From positions 475,494 through 539,493 of the forward strand of contig WELB01000001.1 of NCBI GenBank assembly GCA_009602725.1: DNA of 64,000 nucleotides, in the 5' to 3' direction. This DNA is from Spirogloea muscicola (lineage: Eukaryota). Position numbers and translations under genes: made by a program. This document shows, piece by piece, positions 27,348 through 40,681 of the stretch; positions within the stretch are counted from its first letter, which is position 1; each line of letters begins with the position of its first letter. The notes beneath the pieces are model-generated. The model was not told where the DNA came from. It did no database searches and was given only the letters and a program-made list of their open reading frames with translations.

Positions 27348-29966
27348 ATGGGCTGCTTCGCCTGCTTCGGCCCCGACGACGCCGCNNNNNNNNNNNNNNN
27401 NNNNNNNNNNNNNNNNNNNNNNNNNNNNNNNNNNNNNNNNNNNNNNNNNNNNNNNNNNNNNNNNNNNNNNNNNNNNNNNNNNNNNNNNNNNNNNNNNNNN
27501 NNNNNNNNNNNNNNNNNNNNNNNNNNNNNNNNNNNNNNNNNNNNNNNNNNNNNNNNNNNNNNNNNNNNNNNNNNNNNNNNNNNNCGCCGCCGCCGCAGGC
27601 TCCGCGCCGCCGCCGCCGGACGGCGAGCAGCGGCGGCGGCCGCCGGCGGGGAAGATTGCGGCGCAGACGTTCATGTTCAAGGAGCTCGCGGCCGCCACCA
27701 AGAACTTCCGCCCCGAGTGCCTCGTCGGCGAGGGCGGCTTCGGCCGCGTCTACAAGGGCCGCCTGGAGGCCACCGGCCAGGTGACGGCCGCTCAGTGGCA
27801 GCCGCTCGCTGAGCCTCGCCGCACTTGCCGGCGTCCGCATGCGCTCGTCTCTGCGAGGCCGAAGGCAGCGGCCGCCGCACACCTGTAGTCCGGCCCAGCC
27901 GTCGGTGGCGTCGCGGTCGTTGCCGCCGGCATCTTGCGGCCCGGTGTCGCCGCAAGGGCCTTGCGAAGCGCAGTTGCCTTCTCTGGCCTCGCCGGCAGCC
28001 GCACTCGCACCCTCCATGGACTTGAGAGCAGACAGACGACAGGGGCCCGCTGTTGCCGATGCATACGAATACAAGCGATCTGTCTTCAGTAGGAATGGAT
28101 CTGTCATCAGAGGAAAGCAGGCTGTTGTGGGGTTCACGGCTGATGGCGGCTCGTGACAGTGGCGGCGCCGCCCGCCCACTGGCAGTCGGTGACGGCGTGA
28201 TTTTGATGAAGGTCGCAGGCATGTCGTCAGCATGTGTGCAAACCTGCAACTGACGCGGCCTCCGAGGCGGCCGGCGGCGGCTGCCTTGTCGGGTCCAGGT
28301 GGTGGCGGTCAAGCAGCTCGACCGCAACGGGCTGCAGGGCAACCGCGAGTTCCTGGTGGAGGTGCTGATGCTCAGCCTGCTGCACCACCCGAACCTCGTC
28401 AACCTCATCGGCTACTGCGCCGACGGCGACCAGCGCCTGCTCGTCTACGAGTTCATGTCCCTTGGCTGCCTTGAGGATCACCTACATGGTGCGCACTGCC
28501 GCCGAGTCTTCCTGGGCCTCGCCTAGTGCTCACTCGACCTGCCCGGTTGCTCGACCTGCTCAGTCACTCAGGCGGCAGGTCGTTGCATTGATTGGCCTGT
28601 CATTTGATGTGGTGATCATGCGGTCCTCCTCCTGGTAGTACTTAAACCCACTAAGGTTGGGTAGCCTGGATTGGAGGATGATCAAGCTTGTAGTCAAAGT
28701 CATCAGGGCAGAGCCGATTTCCCATGGTTGTCATGGTGGGGCTTCTTCTCCTCCTCGGCAGACATGGCGCCAGGAAAGGTGCCGCTGGACTGGAACACGC
28801 GGATGAAGATTGCAGCAGGCGCCGCACGCGGGCTCGAGTACCTGCACGACAAGGCCAACCCGCCGGTGATCTACCGCGACTTCAAGTCATCCAACATCCT
28901 GCTGGACGACAGCTACCACCCGAAGCTGTCCGACTTCGGGCTTGCGAAGCTCGGCCCCGTTGGCGACAAGACACACGTGTCGACGCGCGTCATGGGCACC
29001 TATGGGTATTGTGCTCCCGAGTATGCAATGACAGGCCAGCTGACACTCAAGAGCGACGTGTACAGCTTCGGTGTTGTGCTGCTCGAGCTCATCACCGGCC
29101 GCAAGGCCATTGACAGCTCGCGCACGACCGGAGAGCACAATCTCGTTGCCTGGGTATGCGCCAGTCGCCACTGCCGAATGTGTCTTTGCGATTGACACAA
29201 AGAGGCCGGAGTGGCGCCTCCTCCCGCTCACTGAGAACAACTCTTGCCGGCAACCAACATATGTGCATCTCTTTCTAAGTCGCATTGATGCGAGGGCGAC
29301 ATGACTCAGTGCCATCAACTCGGCAATGCAGGCAAGACCGATGTTCAAGGACCGACGGAAATTCCCGACAATGGCGGACCCGCTACTGCAGGGCCACTTC
29401 CCCATGCGCGGCCTGTACCAGGCACTCGCCGTCGCGGCCATGTGCCTGCAGGAGCAGGCGGCGACTCGGCCCCTCATCAGCGACGTGGTCACAGCCCTCA
29501 CCTACCTGGCTGCGCAGGTCAGAGTGGGTGGTCAGAATGATTGCCGTGAGTTGCGGCCAAAGCGAGTCTGTCATCAGCAATGCACCATGCCATCCCCAGT
29601 CGTCACTCTAGCTGTTGACATGGGCTGCCACAGCTGACAAATCCATCATCTGGCATGGCTGCTTCGGTGCAGAAGTACGACCCCAATGCACAGCCTGCGC
29701 AGAACGTGAGGCAGGGCAGCAGCGCACCGTCACCTCGCGGAGCGTCGCGCGGGCAGTCACCGCGGGCGGGCCGGCAGTCCAATGGCGAGTACACCAAGGA
29801 CGGCCCAACTGCAGTCGCCTACGGCCGCAGCTCTCCAGAGTCCTCGGAGGAGTGGGACAGCCGGGTGGCGCGGCAAGCGTACGCCGGCAACCCGCGGGAC
29901 CGCGGCATGGCGGTCGACCGGGGCTCTGGGGGCGACTGGCATGAGAGGCGTTCAGATGGGGGATGA
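27348..29966 (+). CDS. PBL27: Receptor-like cytoplasmic kinase VII, PBS1/PBL27-like; 5 exons; exon 1 interrupted by an N gap
   Basis: MGCFACF acylation motif; [125 protein letters not shown]. Confidence 0.93.
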
Positions 29967-30751
29967 CGCTCAGCTCCACACATTTTCTCTCCGGCCCCCC
30001 CCTCACCTCACCCCCTGCGTTGCCATTGAACCCCCCTCTACCTGTAGGCCCACTCGTCAAGATAACTGCACCGTGCTGTACAACACAACGTTGAGAGTAG
30101 CAGCAGTCAGCGTGCTGCCGCAGAGCCCATCTGCCCTGCCTGTTCAACTACCATACACATACCTTCTCTTCTGCCTTCTGTGCAGCCTGCCAACTTGTCA
30201 GCTACATGAGTACACCGCGTCAAGGTGATAGATTCTCTCGTGTGGTGAGTGGCCAACAGCCAGCGGCAGCTTGCTAAGTTTATGCCAATAAACAAGCAGA
30301 TTTTGGATTGAGAGCTGTTCAGGAAGGCAGGCAGGCAAGACAACCGTTATCACTTTCTTCAGCACTCCTGCGCTGACCCTATGATAGCACACATTGTCTG
30401 ACCCTTCACAATCTGCCACATATTACAACGGAACTTGCATATGCATGAAGCCCAATGGCAGTGAGCCTTTCCATGCTACCGTGTATCTATGTGCAGGCAC
30501 CCTGCGCCGCTCACATTATCAACCTCAATGCTTGCTTCTAGCTGCTCATGGTCAACAGATGCGTTGTCAATTGCCAGCCTCAATGATTAATAGTGACCTT
30601 AGGCGAAGCAGGGGAACAAGGAGGGGCAGCCACTGCCCTTGGGAGGCGTGCGCAAGGGTGTTCATTGAGAGAGCTTGTGGTCACTGTACAGTTTAAGATA
30701 CCCTGTGGCTTCGAGCTCAAAGCACCACTCATTGTGCATGCTTGACTATTG

Positions 30752-32459
30752 TCACCAGCCGTGAAGCCCGGGAGCTTGCGTGGGCTCATGCCAAGCCGCC
30801 TGACGAGGGCTGTACCTCGACGCATGGGCAAATCCCCACAACTGCAATTTGCACCACAGCAGCACATGTCAGGCTTGGTGAGCCAATTCCAGGATTACAA
30901 CGGTGACAAACCTCTACAGCATGCGAAGCAGGACAGCTGCAAACTGGCTCTTCTGTCAGTCTGCAGACCTCCACATTCTTCACAATGTAGTCCTCATCAT
31001 GCGCCAGGCATGGGCTCCCGTACGTCTCGCAGGGCCCGCTGGTCCCAGTCGTGCTGTGGCATCCATGCCCCAGCAGCAAGCGCAAGTTGGTCAGCCTTGT
31101 GCAGACGTCCTCTTGGCAAGCATATAGACAAGAAGCAGGTCCATGACCTTCCCTCGGGCGCCTCACAATGGTCACCCTTTGCAATGAAACAGAGCCAAGC
31201 AGGAGCAGCAGCGGAAGTTGACTCACAGGTCGCCATCCAGCTGGATGGCAAAGTGGCCCCCGCCCCCCAACGCAAGGTTGTCGATGAGGCACAGCACAAA
31301 GTAGCGGTTGATGCCTGCACGAGCAACCAACATGCTGAGCCATGCACCCAGCACTTGGAGGCGTGTCGCTGTGACACTCAGCGCGAAGAATTCATATCAA
31401 GGCTTGAGTGGCGACGAAAGGCTGCATGGAGGCACCTGTGGAGAGGAAGAGCTCCAGCTTCCCCGTGACGTCCGTGAAGACGAACGAGTCACTGCTGCCC
31501 TATGACATTGCCCATGCAAGACGGCCCTGTCATTCGCCATTAGTCATAAGGCCATGTGACATTTGCACGACCTTGCTCCCCTATTACGACTTGCACCAGC
31601 CAGCAGAACCGCCTGGATTCTTATTGCATTCGTTCACATGCACAACCCCAATCCCAGTTGCTCACGAGATACTTCTTCCGGCTGGACGGCTTGAGCACAG
31701 TCGAAAGCAGGCCTCCGAAGACGGCTCCTCGCTTGTCTCCCACGACCTGAGCAAACGCAGCCAGGATGAGCGCCCACAGTGGTGATATACTTGCAGAGAA
31801 ATGGGCACAGAAATCTCCTCCAGCAGTATGCGGCATCAGCCGACTGGCTAACCATGCAGTCACGGGACAGCTAAAATATCCAGTCATGCACGCCACAAGG
31901 TCCGCGCCAAACCTTGACCAAGTATGCATCTTGCGCAGGACTTGCAGGATATGCAGACGACACCCAGGATGCGATGCGGAAGCGAGCCTCACCAGCAGGC
32001 TGGGCCCGGCCAGCATCTGGCTCCGGCGATACATTGTCGCCAGGGAGATGCCGTGCCGCTGAGAACTGCAGCAAAGGAAAAGAGGGGCGAGGAAGACGAG
32101 CCTGTGAAGCACCACCGGCGGCAGCCCCGACGCCGCCACCAGGATTCGAACACCAAGTCGCAAGACTGCGGCAGATGAGATAGTGTCGGCCGTCGAAGCG
32201 GAGGAGCTCGCATGTGCGGTCACCTGTACAGGAGGACCCACTCGCGGCCGATGGCGATGGCCGGCAGCGCGCAGCAGAGGGCCCGGCGGTGCGCGTCCAG
32301 CAGCAGCTCCGACTGGTGCGACATGTCCGGCAGGCGCCCGGGGGCCTGCTTCAGCGCCCGCGGCGGCGGCGGCAGCGGCAGGTCCAGGTGGACCGCCGGC
32401 AGACTGCCACCACCGCCACCGGGAAAGTCAGCGCAGTCGGGGACGCCGTCGGCCACCTT

Positions 32460-32491
<32 letters not shown>

Positions 32492-32520
32492 TGAGCAGCT
32501 CACGGCCGCTGCTTTGCCAC
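30752..32520 (-). CDS. TLDc (TLD / oxidation-resistance) domain protein; 5' end uncertain
   Basis: LPDMSHQSELL..ALPAIAIGREWVLLY/SSQRHGISLATMYRRS; VVGDKRGAVFGG; GSSDSFVF; NRYFVLCLIDNLALGGGGHFAIQLDGDL; GTSGPCETYGSPCLA..VKNVELWGF; TGA at 30752-30754. Confidence 0.88.
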
Positions 32521-32989
32521 CTACCTCCCTCCTCCCTGCCTTCCACCCTCCACACTCGACGCCCCCCTTCTCAGAACCGAACAGCTGCCATGTATTGCAG
32601 GAATAGGATCTTCGCTCCCCATCCTGTTCATAGAAGAAACTTACACTCTTAGGGCAGCTTTGTTCTCTCTCAGAAGCCACAAAGTTCGGTGTGCTCAGCT
32701 GTAGAGCCTCTGCCGCTGATCCTCTTTATATGCAGAAAGAAATAAGAGAACTAGCGCAGCTACATAGCTCGTGCCAATGGCCAAGACCCCAGTGAATAGG
32801 GCGGCAGTGGCTCTACGCCGTTCAGCAGTCTCTGTGAAAAGAAGCTGGCACCCCGCCAGCCCCGTCGTGGTCAGGACATCTGCTGGCCACTCGCCGAGGT
32901 GTCTCAAACACGGCCTCGACTGGCAGGAGGAGTGGTCATGAGGTCGCCGCAGGCGGCAAGATTTCCTCCGAGCTGCTAGCCATATGCCA

Positions 32990-33105
32990 GCCGAGAGCTC
33001 TTCCAGAAGGGGGCGGGGGCTGTGGGTGGCCACAGCCCAGAAGCAATGACCAAGGTTCGGAGGGCCGAAAGGCGCCAAAGCCACACAGCTATGAGCTTGG
33101 TAACT
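32990..33105 (-). mobile_element. Isolated 3'-end fragment of a CRE-like retrotransposon
   Basis: gagctcttccagaagggggcgggggctgtgg..cagcccag..ggccgaaaggcgccaaa..cagctatg closely parallels 51768-51862. Confidence 0.7.
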
Positions 33106-33238
33106 GCCGTTGTTTCGTAACACCCAGTCGGCAGCCGCATGTAACTTGCTCGCCGTTGGCTCGTCCGCAGAGGCGAGCTGGACCAGCAGTCCGGCCCGGT
33201 CCGTCACAGCAAGCCCCATGGCAGCCATTGCCGGTTCA

Positions 33239-33278
<40 letters not shown>

Positions 33279-33393
33279 TTGCTGGCGGAGGCCGGCCGAG
33301 CTGGGCGCCGGTGGTGCCGGCCTCACGGGCGCGCGGCGCTTCAGCACCGAAGATCGGNCGGCGGCGGCGGCGGCTCCGGCGACGGCGGCGGAA

Positions 33394-33436
<43 letters not shown>

Positions 33437-33449
33437 GGATCGAGGCACG

Positions 33450-36400
33450 ATGATGATGGGAGGCGGCGACAGGGGCATGGACGGGGACGTCGGGTCGGCG
33501 CGGCGGCCGGCGCCGTGGGACGAGAACCCCAAGAACTTCCTGCAGGCCAGCCCGGCGTACGACCGCGCCCGCAACGGCATGACCGCCAAGCTCCCGCTCG
33601 ACGTCAGAGCCGAGGGCCCCGAGCACTCCAAGGTGGCAGCCAGCCTCGCTCGCCACAAGCAGCAGACGCTGCCTGCCTGTCATGGCCGCCGAGACAGCTG
33701 CTGCAGCGGCAGTGATGCTGCTTGCATCGGCCAACGTCCAGTGCCCGCCCCGCAGCATGCAGCGTGCCATGACTCGACAGGCTGCTGGAGGAGTCGAGCA
33801 CGCAGCAGTGACATGTTCTCTTCTTCTTCAGCTGCTGCTTGCGGTGCCGACAGACCCAACTGGCAGCCCCCTCCACGTGGCCTTCATGCATCTGCTGATT
33901 CGGCTTCGCATATGCCCCCAGACCTTCACGGCGACGCTGGCGGTGCCTCTGCCCTACGGCTCGTGGATGGCAGTCGGCAAGGGCCGCAACAAGTCGGAGG
34001 CGGAGCGGATGTGCTGCGTGGCAGCCTGCGAGAAGCTGTACCAGGAGGGGCTCCTCTACGTGCCGAGCCGGCTCCCCCCAAGCTCAGGGGGAGGCGGAGG
34101 AGGAGCCCCCGGGCAGCAGCGGGATGTGAGTCGAGCAGCCTGCTTAAGGCTCAGCTGCCATGACGAAGCTATCCTTTCAGCTGCCTGCTGAGGGCTTCTG
34201 GACAAACATCATATTTAACCATGGGGTGCTGAGGGAGGTGGAGTAGCATTGTCCTTGATTTGCCAGAATGCCAAGGTCAATTAGCATTGGTGTTTACTTC
34301 TGTAGTGGTTGAGGAGCTCACCAACATCGATGCAATTTACAATCGTTGCTGCAGCTTATGGATGAGCTCCCAGTGCTGCACGTGAATGCGCAAGCCTTGG
34401 AGGAGATGGAGACGGTGATGAGCAACTTGCAGGATGTCTATGCAGCCGAGGCTCGGCAGCAGATGGGGGCTAGCTCACAGCCAAGAGGCGGGAGCAAGAA
34501 CGGCGACCTCCATGAGCGCTTGGGCAGATCGAGGTTTGGGGCCGGAGAGTCTATGGCGATGGATGCCAGCAACAGTCAGATACAAAGGGAAGCACAGCGG
34601 CGGGTCGCCAGCCTTGAGCTGAGAGAGCAGAGGAAGGTGAGGGAAGCCCTGCCAGCGTGGAAGGAGCGGGATAACATACTCAAGCTCGTGCAGGAGAATC
34701 GAGTGATTGTGCTGACTGGCGAAACTGGGTGTGGCAAGACCACTCAGGTGATGACTTCTGCACCCACCGTCCTTGTCACATCCAACTGATGACATTAATG
34801 TGCCTCTCAATGTCTCTCAAGAAGTGGCCCATGAAGTTGCCTCTGGCAGTTGAAGACTTGCAGAAAGATAGAGCAAAGTATTGTCAGTGCTTCGTTTGGG
34901 ATACGCCCAAGCATTGCAGGCGTGGAACCTGATATGCAGAGTTGTTGCCCAGGTTCCGCAATACATCTTGGAGACAGCAGAGGGCCAAGGAACTGCTGGT
35001 CAAGTGCGTGTCATCATCACGCAGCCACGGCGCATTGCTGCAATAAGGTATACAGGAACAGAGGTCATTGTGCAATGTCATATTTTCATTGTTATGCTAT
35101 GGTCACAGACATAAAGTGAGTAGATCGATCTTGTCATCACCTCGTTCTGAATATGCATAGTTTTCTTGTCGATAACAAAGATGGTAAGCTGGGCTTGATC
35201 CTGCAGCGTGAAGAAATCTTGCAAGTGCCGTGCAATCTCTTTGATGTAATGCCTGCTTGGTTCCTAAAGTACCTTGGCAGGCTCGATGCAAGAACTCAGA
35301 GCAGCACGCTTAGTGTGTCCTTACTTTGCGTCCTTGGGCAGTGTAGCAGAACGTGTGGCATGGGAAAGGGGCGAGCCAATAGGCCGAAGTGTCGGATACG
35401 CAGTGCGGTTGGAAAGTGTGGCCCCACGGATGCAAGGAAGTCTTCTCTTCTGTACAACGGGCATTCTTCTTCGCAATCTGCAGGTTGCTCTTACAAGCAG
35501 ACTGCTCTTCCATTGCTCTTCTCAGTCATTCAAGTGCTTGTGAGACGTACTATTATACAAGTAGCAGAATGTGTCTGTTTAGCACTTCTGCATGAATTTG
35601 TGATACTCAAAACTCAGTGATGTATGCATGCTGCAGAATAAAGACTATCTGGCCACTGCCAGTCATATCATAATCGACGAGGTGCATGAGCGGGATGTGA
35701 ATACGGACTTTCTGCTGATAGTGGTGAAGGAGCTGCTGCCCAGCTATCCTTCCCTGCGAATCATAATCATGAGTGCTACCCTGGACTCTGATAGTCTAAC
35801 TAGGTATGTGCACCTGCGGCTGCTTCAATTGTTATTGAATTTGCAGGGCTGTTACAGCAACATGCTTTTGTCAAAAGGAAACCCATGTCTGACTAATTCA
35901 TAGTGGATAGCTAGCATGTTGTCTGGAAACTTTCTCAGGCCTCTAGTGAATGAGCACTTCAGTGATCAATCTACTGATCCTGATATCCTGGCTTTCGATT
36001 GACTGTTTGATCCTGCCAGATACTTTGGGTCTTGTCCACACGTCCACATTCCTGGATTCCTTTATCCAGTACAGATATCTTACCTTGAAGACTTGCCCCA
36101 GCTCATGGGCTCAGCTTGCCCCTTGGTGGTCAAAGCAGCGGCTCAGGGAAGGCTGCCAGCCGCACTGGAGGAAGACGAAGTCGACCCCCAGCTGACGGCG
36201 GCAGTCATTGGCTGGTATGTGGACCATGTTGAGCACTTCGATGGAGCTGTGCTCTGCTTCCTACCTGTGAGTGCCCTCTGCCTCGGCCTGTGGTCCAAAT
36301 ACAGCATGAAGCTCATTACATAGGCGATGTCGGCACCACTAGAAGGAAAGGCCCTTGCATACACATGTCTGTTTAAGGATGTGGAGCATGATGTGTCTGT

Positions 36401-39400
36401 TATCTATGGTGAGATGCATCCTTAGCACTACATGTCCATGCGTTTTTGGCTGGAAAAGCTGTGTGTTGTCAATATGGCACCAGTTACTGCTGACTCTTTG
36501 TTAGAGGTCTTGATGCACCATGCCCTCCTATCTGGTGCTGTGGTTCTGATGGATACAGATTGACTTCTTCAGGGCTGGGAGACTATCTCCAAGGTCACGG
36601 AGAAGCTCATGTCGCATTCCGCAGCTCGTCGAATGCACATTGTGCCTCTTCATTCACAGCTCCCTGTCAGGGAGCAGCATTTGGCCTTCCGTCGTGCTCC
36701 AGAAGGCTATTGTAAGGTGAAGGCCTGTAAATTGAAAGGCTGAGAGCATGTGAAGTTGCGCTTATCCTGCACATACCAACAACAAAGTTATATACTGGAT
36801 GATGGATCATGTCGTTCTTGACCTCAGACAAGCAAGAGGCCTGCTAGTGATGCTCTCATAGTCCCTGTCATGGCTTGCAACTCAAGTACTTCCATGAAAT
36901 ACATCATTGGTGAAGCCTAGGACAGGAAACTTACTGTTCCTACTCACTGCAGATTGTACTAGCAACGAACATCGCAGAAACAAGCATAACAATAGATGAT
37001 ATTGTCTGCGTCGTGGACTTGGGGCGGCACAAGATGAAGGCCTATGATTCAAGCCGAGATATCACAGCAATGCGAGTGCAGGTACAAATATCATAAGCTA
37101 CACCACACACGTCCTGCATTGTAGTGCCTCTATGACGTGCCAGACACAAGACTTGAGTGATGTGCCACTTGGACTTTTACAATAGTACCGAATGGTAAAG
37201 AAAGCCAGTTTTCTGTGGCAGTGAGAGGCTGGCAGGGAATTGGTAGCTCTACTGTACTGGTGACTGCTACAATGCCATTTTTATCCTTGTTGTGAGGTAT
37301 TGAGGAGGTGGGCTGCATCGTATCAAGGGATGAATGCCTTCATGAGTACTAATGTCACTTGAAAATGTTGCATACACAGTGGATCTCCAAGTCAAATGCA
37401 AGGCAGCGAAAGGGTCGGGCCGGCAGAGTGCAGTCTGGCCATTGCTTTCGACTATACAGTGAGCAAGTGAAGCCTCCTGTCCTGGTTGACAACTTCCTGC
37501 TTTCTGGTCGATACTGCTTGCCTCAAATGTGACCCAAGCCTGTGCTGTGTCCTTCTGAAAATGTGAAAGAGCAACTTGGAGACCGAGCTTGCCTGACATC
37601 TACTCTCGTAATCTGTGAACCTGAAGTCTTCACGAGTTTTCTTTAGTTTGATTTGAATATATAACAAGACTAGTCCTCACCTGTTTTACATATTGGACGA
37701 GCTCTCTCAGAGTCAGACATTCAGCCGCTTACTTGACTTACAAGGAGTTTTTGGTTAAAATAACATTGATCTGAAGTAACAATGTTGTCCAGGGTAGGCA
37801 TGTCATTGACTTGTGGGTGATTGACACGCAGCTCCAAATCACCCGTTGACCATCTCAAACCTCCAATGCTTGGAAAGCAGTCCTCCGATGTGAACATATT
37901 TCATATGGACAATCGTTCCATTTTGTGTTTCCAGATCCATGCTGCCATGTATGATCAACCCATTCCAGAGATGCTGCGGATGCCATTGGAGGAGGTCTGC
38001 CTCCAGATCAAGTCCTTGGCGGTCACAGGCCCTGTAAGCAATCTGTCAATTCTACACTCTCACTTCTCCTCAACGGCTCAAATTCAATTAATGCTTGGAG
38101 CTCAGAGTTGGACTTAATCAAGAATATTCAACCATTAGTACCTCAAAGGTTGTGAGATGGTCTCAGAACAATCATGCAAATGCAATAGGAGATTAGTCTC
38201 ATTGCCAATCCAGGTCTAAGCTATCCTGCAAAGGAGCCTGCAGGTGGAGAAGCGAAGCACAGCAGCTTCAGAAGTCAATAGCTGGAGGCACTCATCAGTT
38301 GTGGACTTGGCAGACATCACCACCTTCCTCGCAAGGGCCCTGCAGCCACCGAAAGCATCAGCCGTGTATTCTGCCATCAGGACGCTGCGGGACATGGGTG
38401 CACTTGACAAGGTCAGGCGGCTGGATGATACTTAAATTTGACTAGTGACGTGCCCAATTCACGTGATGACAGGCTTTGTAGATTGCCATATTAAGAAGAT
38501 GCTCAAGGCTGTAGAGACAAATTTCATAATCAACTAATTGAAGCTTGCTTTCCTGCTTCAGGAGGAGAACTTGACACCCCTTGGTCAGAAGCTGTCAAAG
38601 TTGGCAGTGCACCCGCGGCTTGGCAAGATGCTCATCTACGCAGCTTTGCTGGGCTGCTTGCCTCCCCTTCTCACTGTGGCAGCTGCAGCTTGCTTCCGTG
38701 ACCCGTTCCTCTCACCCATGTACAAGAGGGACGAGGCAGACAGGATACGACTGGGCTTGGCCACGGGTGCTGCTAGCAACAGTGACCACCTTGTCGTTGC
38801 TCGAGCCTTTGAGATGTGGGAGGATGCTCAAGCCTCTGGGAGGGGCTTCGAGTTTTGCGATGTCCACTTTCTGGCCGTCGGCACCATGCAGCTCATTGCA
38901 GGCACCCGCAAGCAGGTTTGTGCATGCACGGCCGCCACACTAGGGTTGCTTTGCAGCACGAATAGTAGCAGAGCTGCACTGCAGATTGGAAATGCATTAT
39001 CTCATGTAGTACTGCGCTTTTTGTTTGCACTAGTAGCTGGTACAGGCAGTAGTTGTCAGGAGTACTCCCACAGGTGTAGGAAGACCTGTAACGAACTCCA
39101 TGCTGCTGCAGTTTGAGAGGGAGCTTCTGGACTCTGGCCTCTGGCAACCAGAGAGGCAGCTGCCTGACCGAAGCATCATCAGAGTGGCACGATGTGCTTT
39201 GACGGTCGGCATGCACCAGAATATTGCATACACCGAGATGTTCAAAGAAAGTAAGGGGTACAAGAGTGGTTCAAAGAAGGCCTACCGCACCAAGTTGGGC
39301 TTCAAGTCTGATGGTTCTCGGGTGTTCATACATCCCACGTCGGTCGTGTCAGAGAAGAGGCTGGACCAAGCAGAGCACCACTTTCTTCTCTTTCAGGAGA

Positions 39401-39973
39401 AGGTGGCTTCCACAAGTCAGGTATGTTCAATCTAGTGTCAAGCAGGCCTGCTGAGCGCGAGCAGGAGTAAGCAGAGCTGTGATGAGTGCACCGAGAATTG
39501 CTAGTCCTACTACATCTCTTCTTTGCTGTACTTATAGTGCAACTGGTAACTTTAATCATTGGTGCATAAACTACAACACGAGTCGTATTCTCAGTCATCA
39601 ATAAGCAACAGGTGAGACCATCATGCTTGTTGCATAGCTTGTGTGAGGCTCGTCTGACCTGGCTGTCTTCTTTATGGTGCAACAGGTGTTTGTGAAGACC
39701 TGCACTCTTGTCTCACCAATCAACCTGGGAATATTTGGAGGCTCTCTCAGATTTGGCAGCAATAGCTCAAGCAGTTATGCCAGTGAATTCAAGGTCATGG
39801 AAGTCAATGAGCAGGTCAAGCTCTTGGTCAAGAGTGGTGTGGGGGAGGTGGTAGTGCAGATTCGGCGGATGCTTGACGAGATCGTGGAGAGGTGGCTACT
39901 GGGGGTGCAGCGCAACGAGCTGGAGATCCAGTTCATGGAGAGCCTGGTGAACCTGCTAGTGCAGTCACTCTGA
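33450..39973 (+). CDS. DExH-box ATP-dependent RNA helicase (DHX30/DHX9/DHX36-like) with N-terminal dsRBD, HA2 and OB domains; true start may be upstream at gap n33358
   Basis: [132 protein letters not shown] at 39971-39973. Confidence 0.93.
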
Positions 39974-40681
39974 CGTGCTAGCAGCGCGTCAAATGCAGAG
40001 CGTCAACGACACAACAGTCGTGGATGTCAATTCTTTGCCAACTATTACAGCTATTTGGCCCAGAATCAATCAAATGCCAGTCTGAGAGTTGCTGCTGTGG
40101 GAGCCACGAGCAAAGGTGAAACAATCCAGGTTGTGGGTCTATCAACAATGGCTACAGACCTCAGACCATTGAGACCAGGCCCAAGCTCCCCTGGTCTAAG
40201 ACCAACGTGACAGCCCCAAATGATTCGTGGGTCATGTTTCTCAATGTGTGCCCAAATGCTTACAATCCAAGAAGCTGCCAACTGTTAACGCCCACTTCAT
40301 CCAAGTGCGAAGTTGTGAATGTGCTCAGAGGATTGTATTGCCATGGACAGGACAGCCAAGCCTTGATGCTTGCTATTCTCTTGCCTGATGTGGACCACAA
40401 GGCTTGTGGGCAGCGTGCAAGCTTTTGCCTCAATGATAAACGACAGCATCCTGATGACCATTGATCATAAGCGACAAGCTTCCTCATGGCTAATTGAGTT
40501 GATTAAGTACAAGCTGGACAACCTGTTGCCTATTTTTCCTGACGGCTACTTGAAATGATTGAGTACAAGCTGGACAACCTACTGCCAACCTTTGCACCAA
40601 AACCTGCAGAGACCAATTTGGACTCTGATCGATCAGATCTGATATGACACCCTCTGGTCACTTGCCATGGCGGCGCCTGCC

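Noticed and set aside
40000..40680. AU-rich elements in the TTP-like 3' UTR (autoregulation)
   Set aside because: No ATTTA clusters seen on the minus strand; only a short local duplication at 40500-40587.
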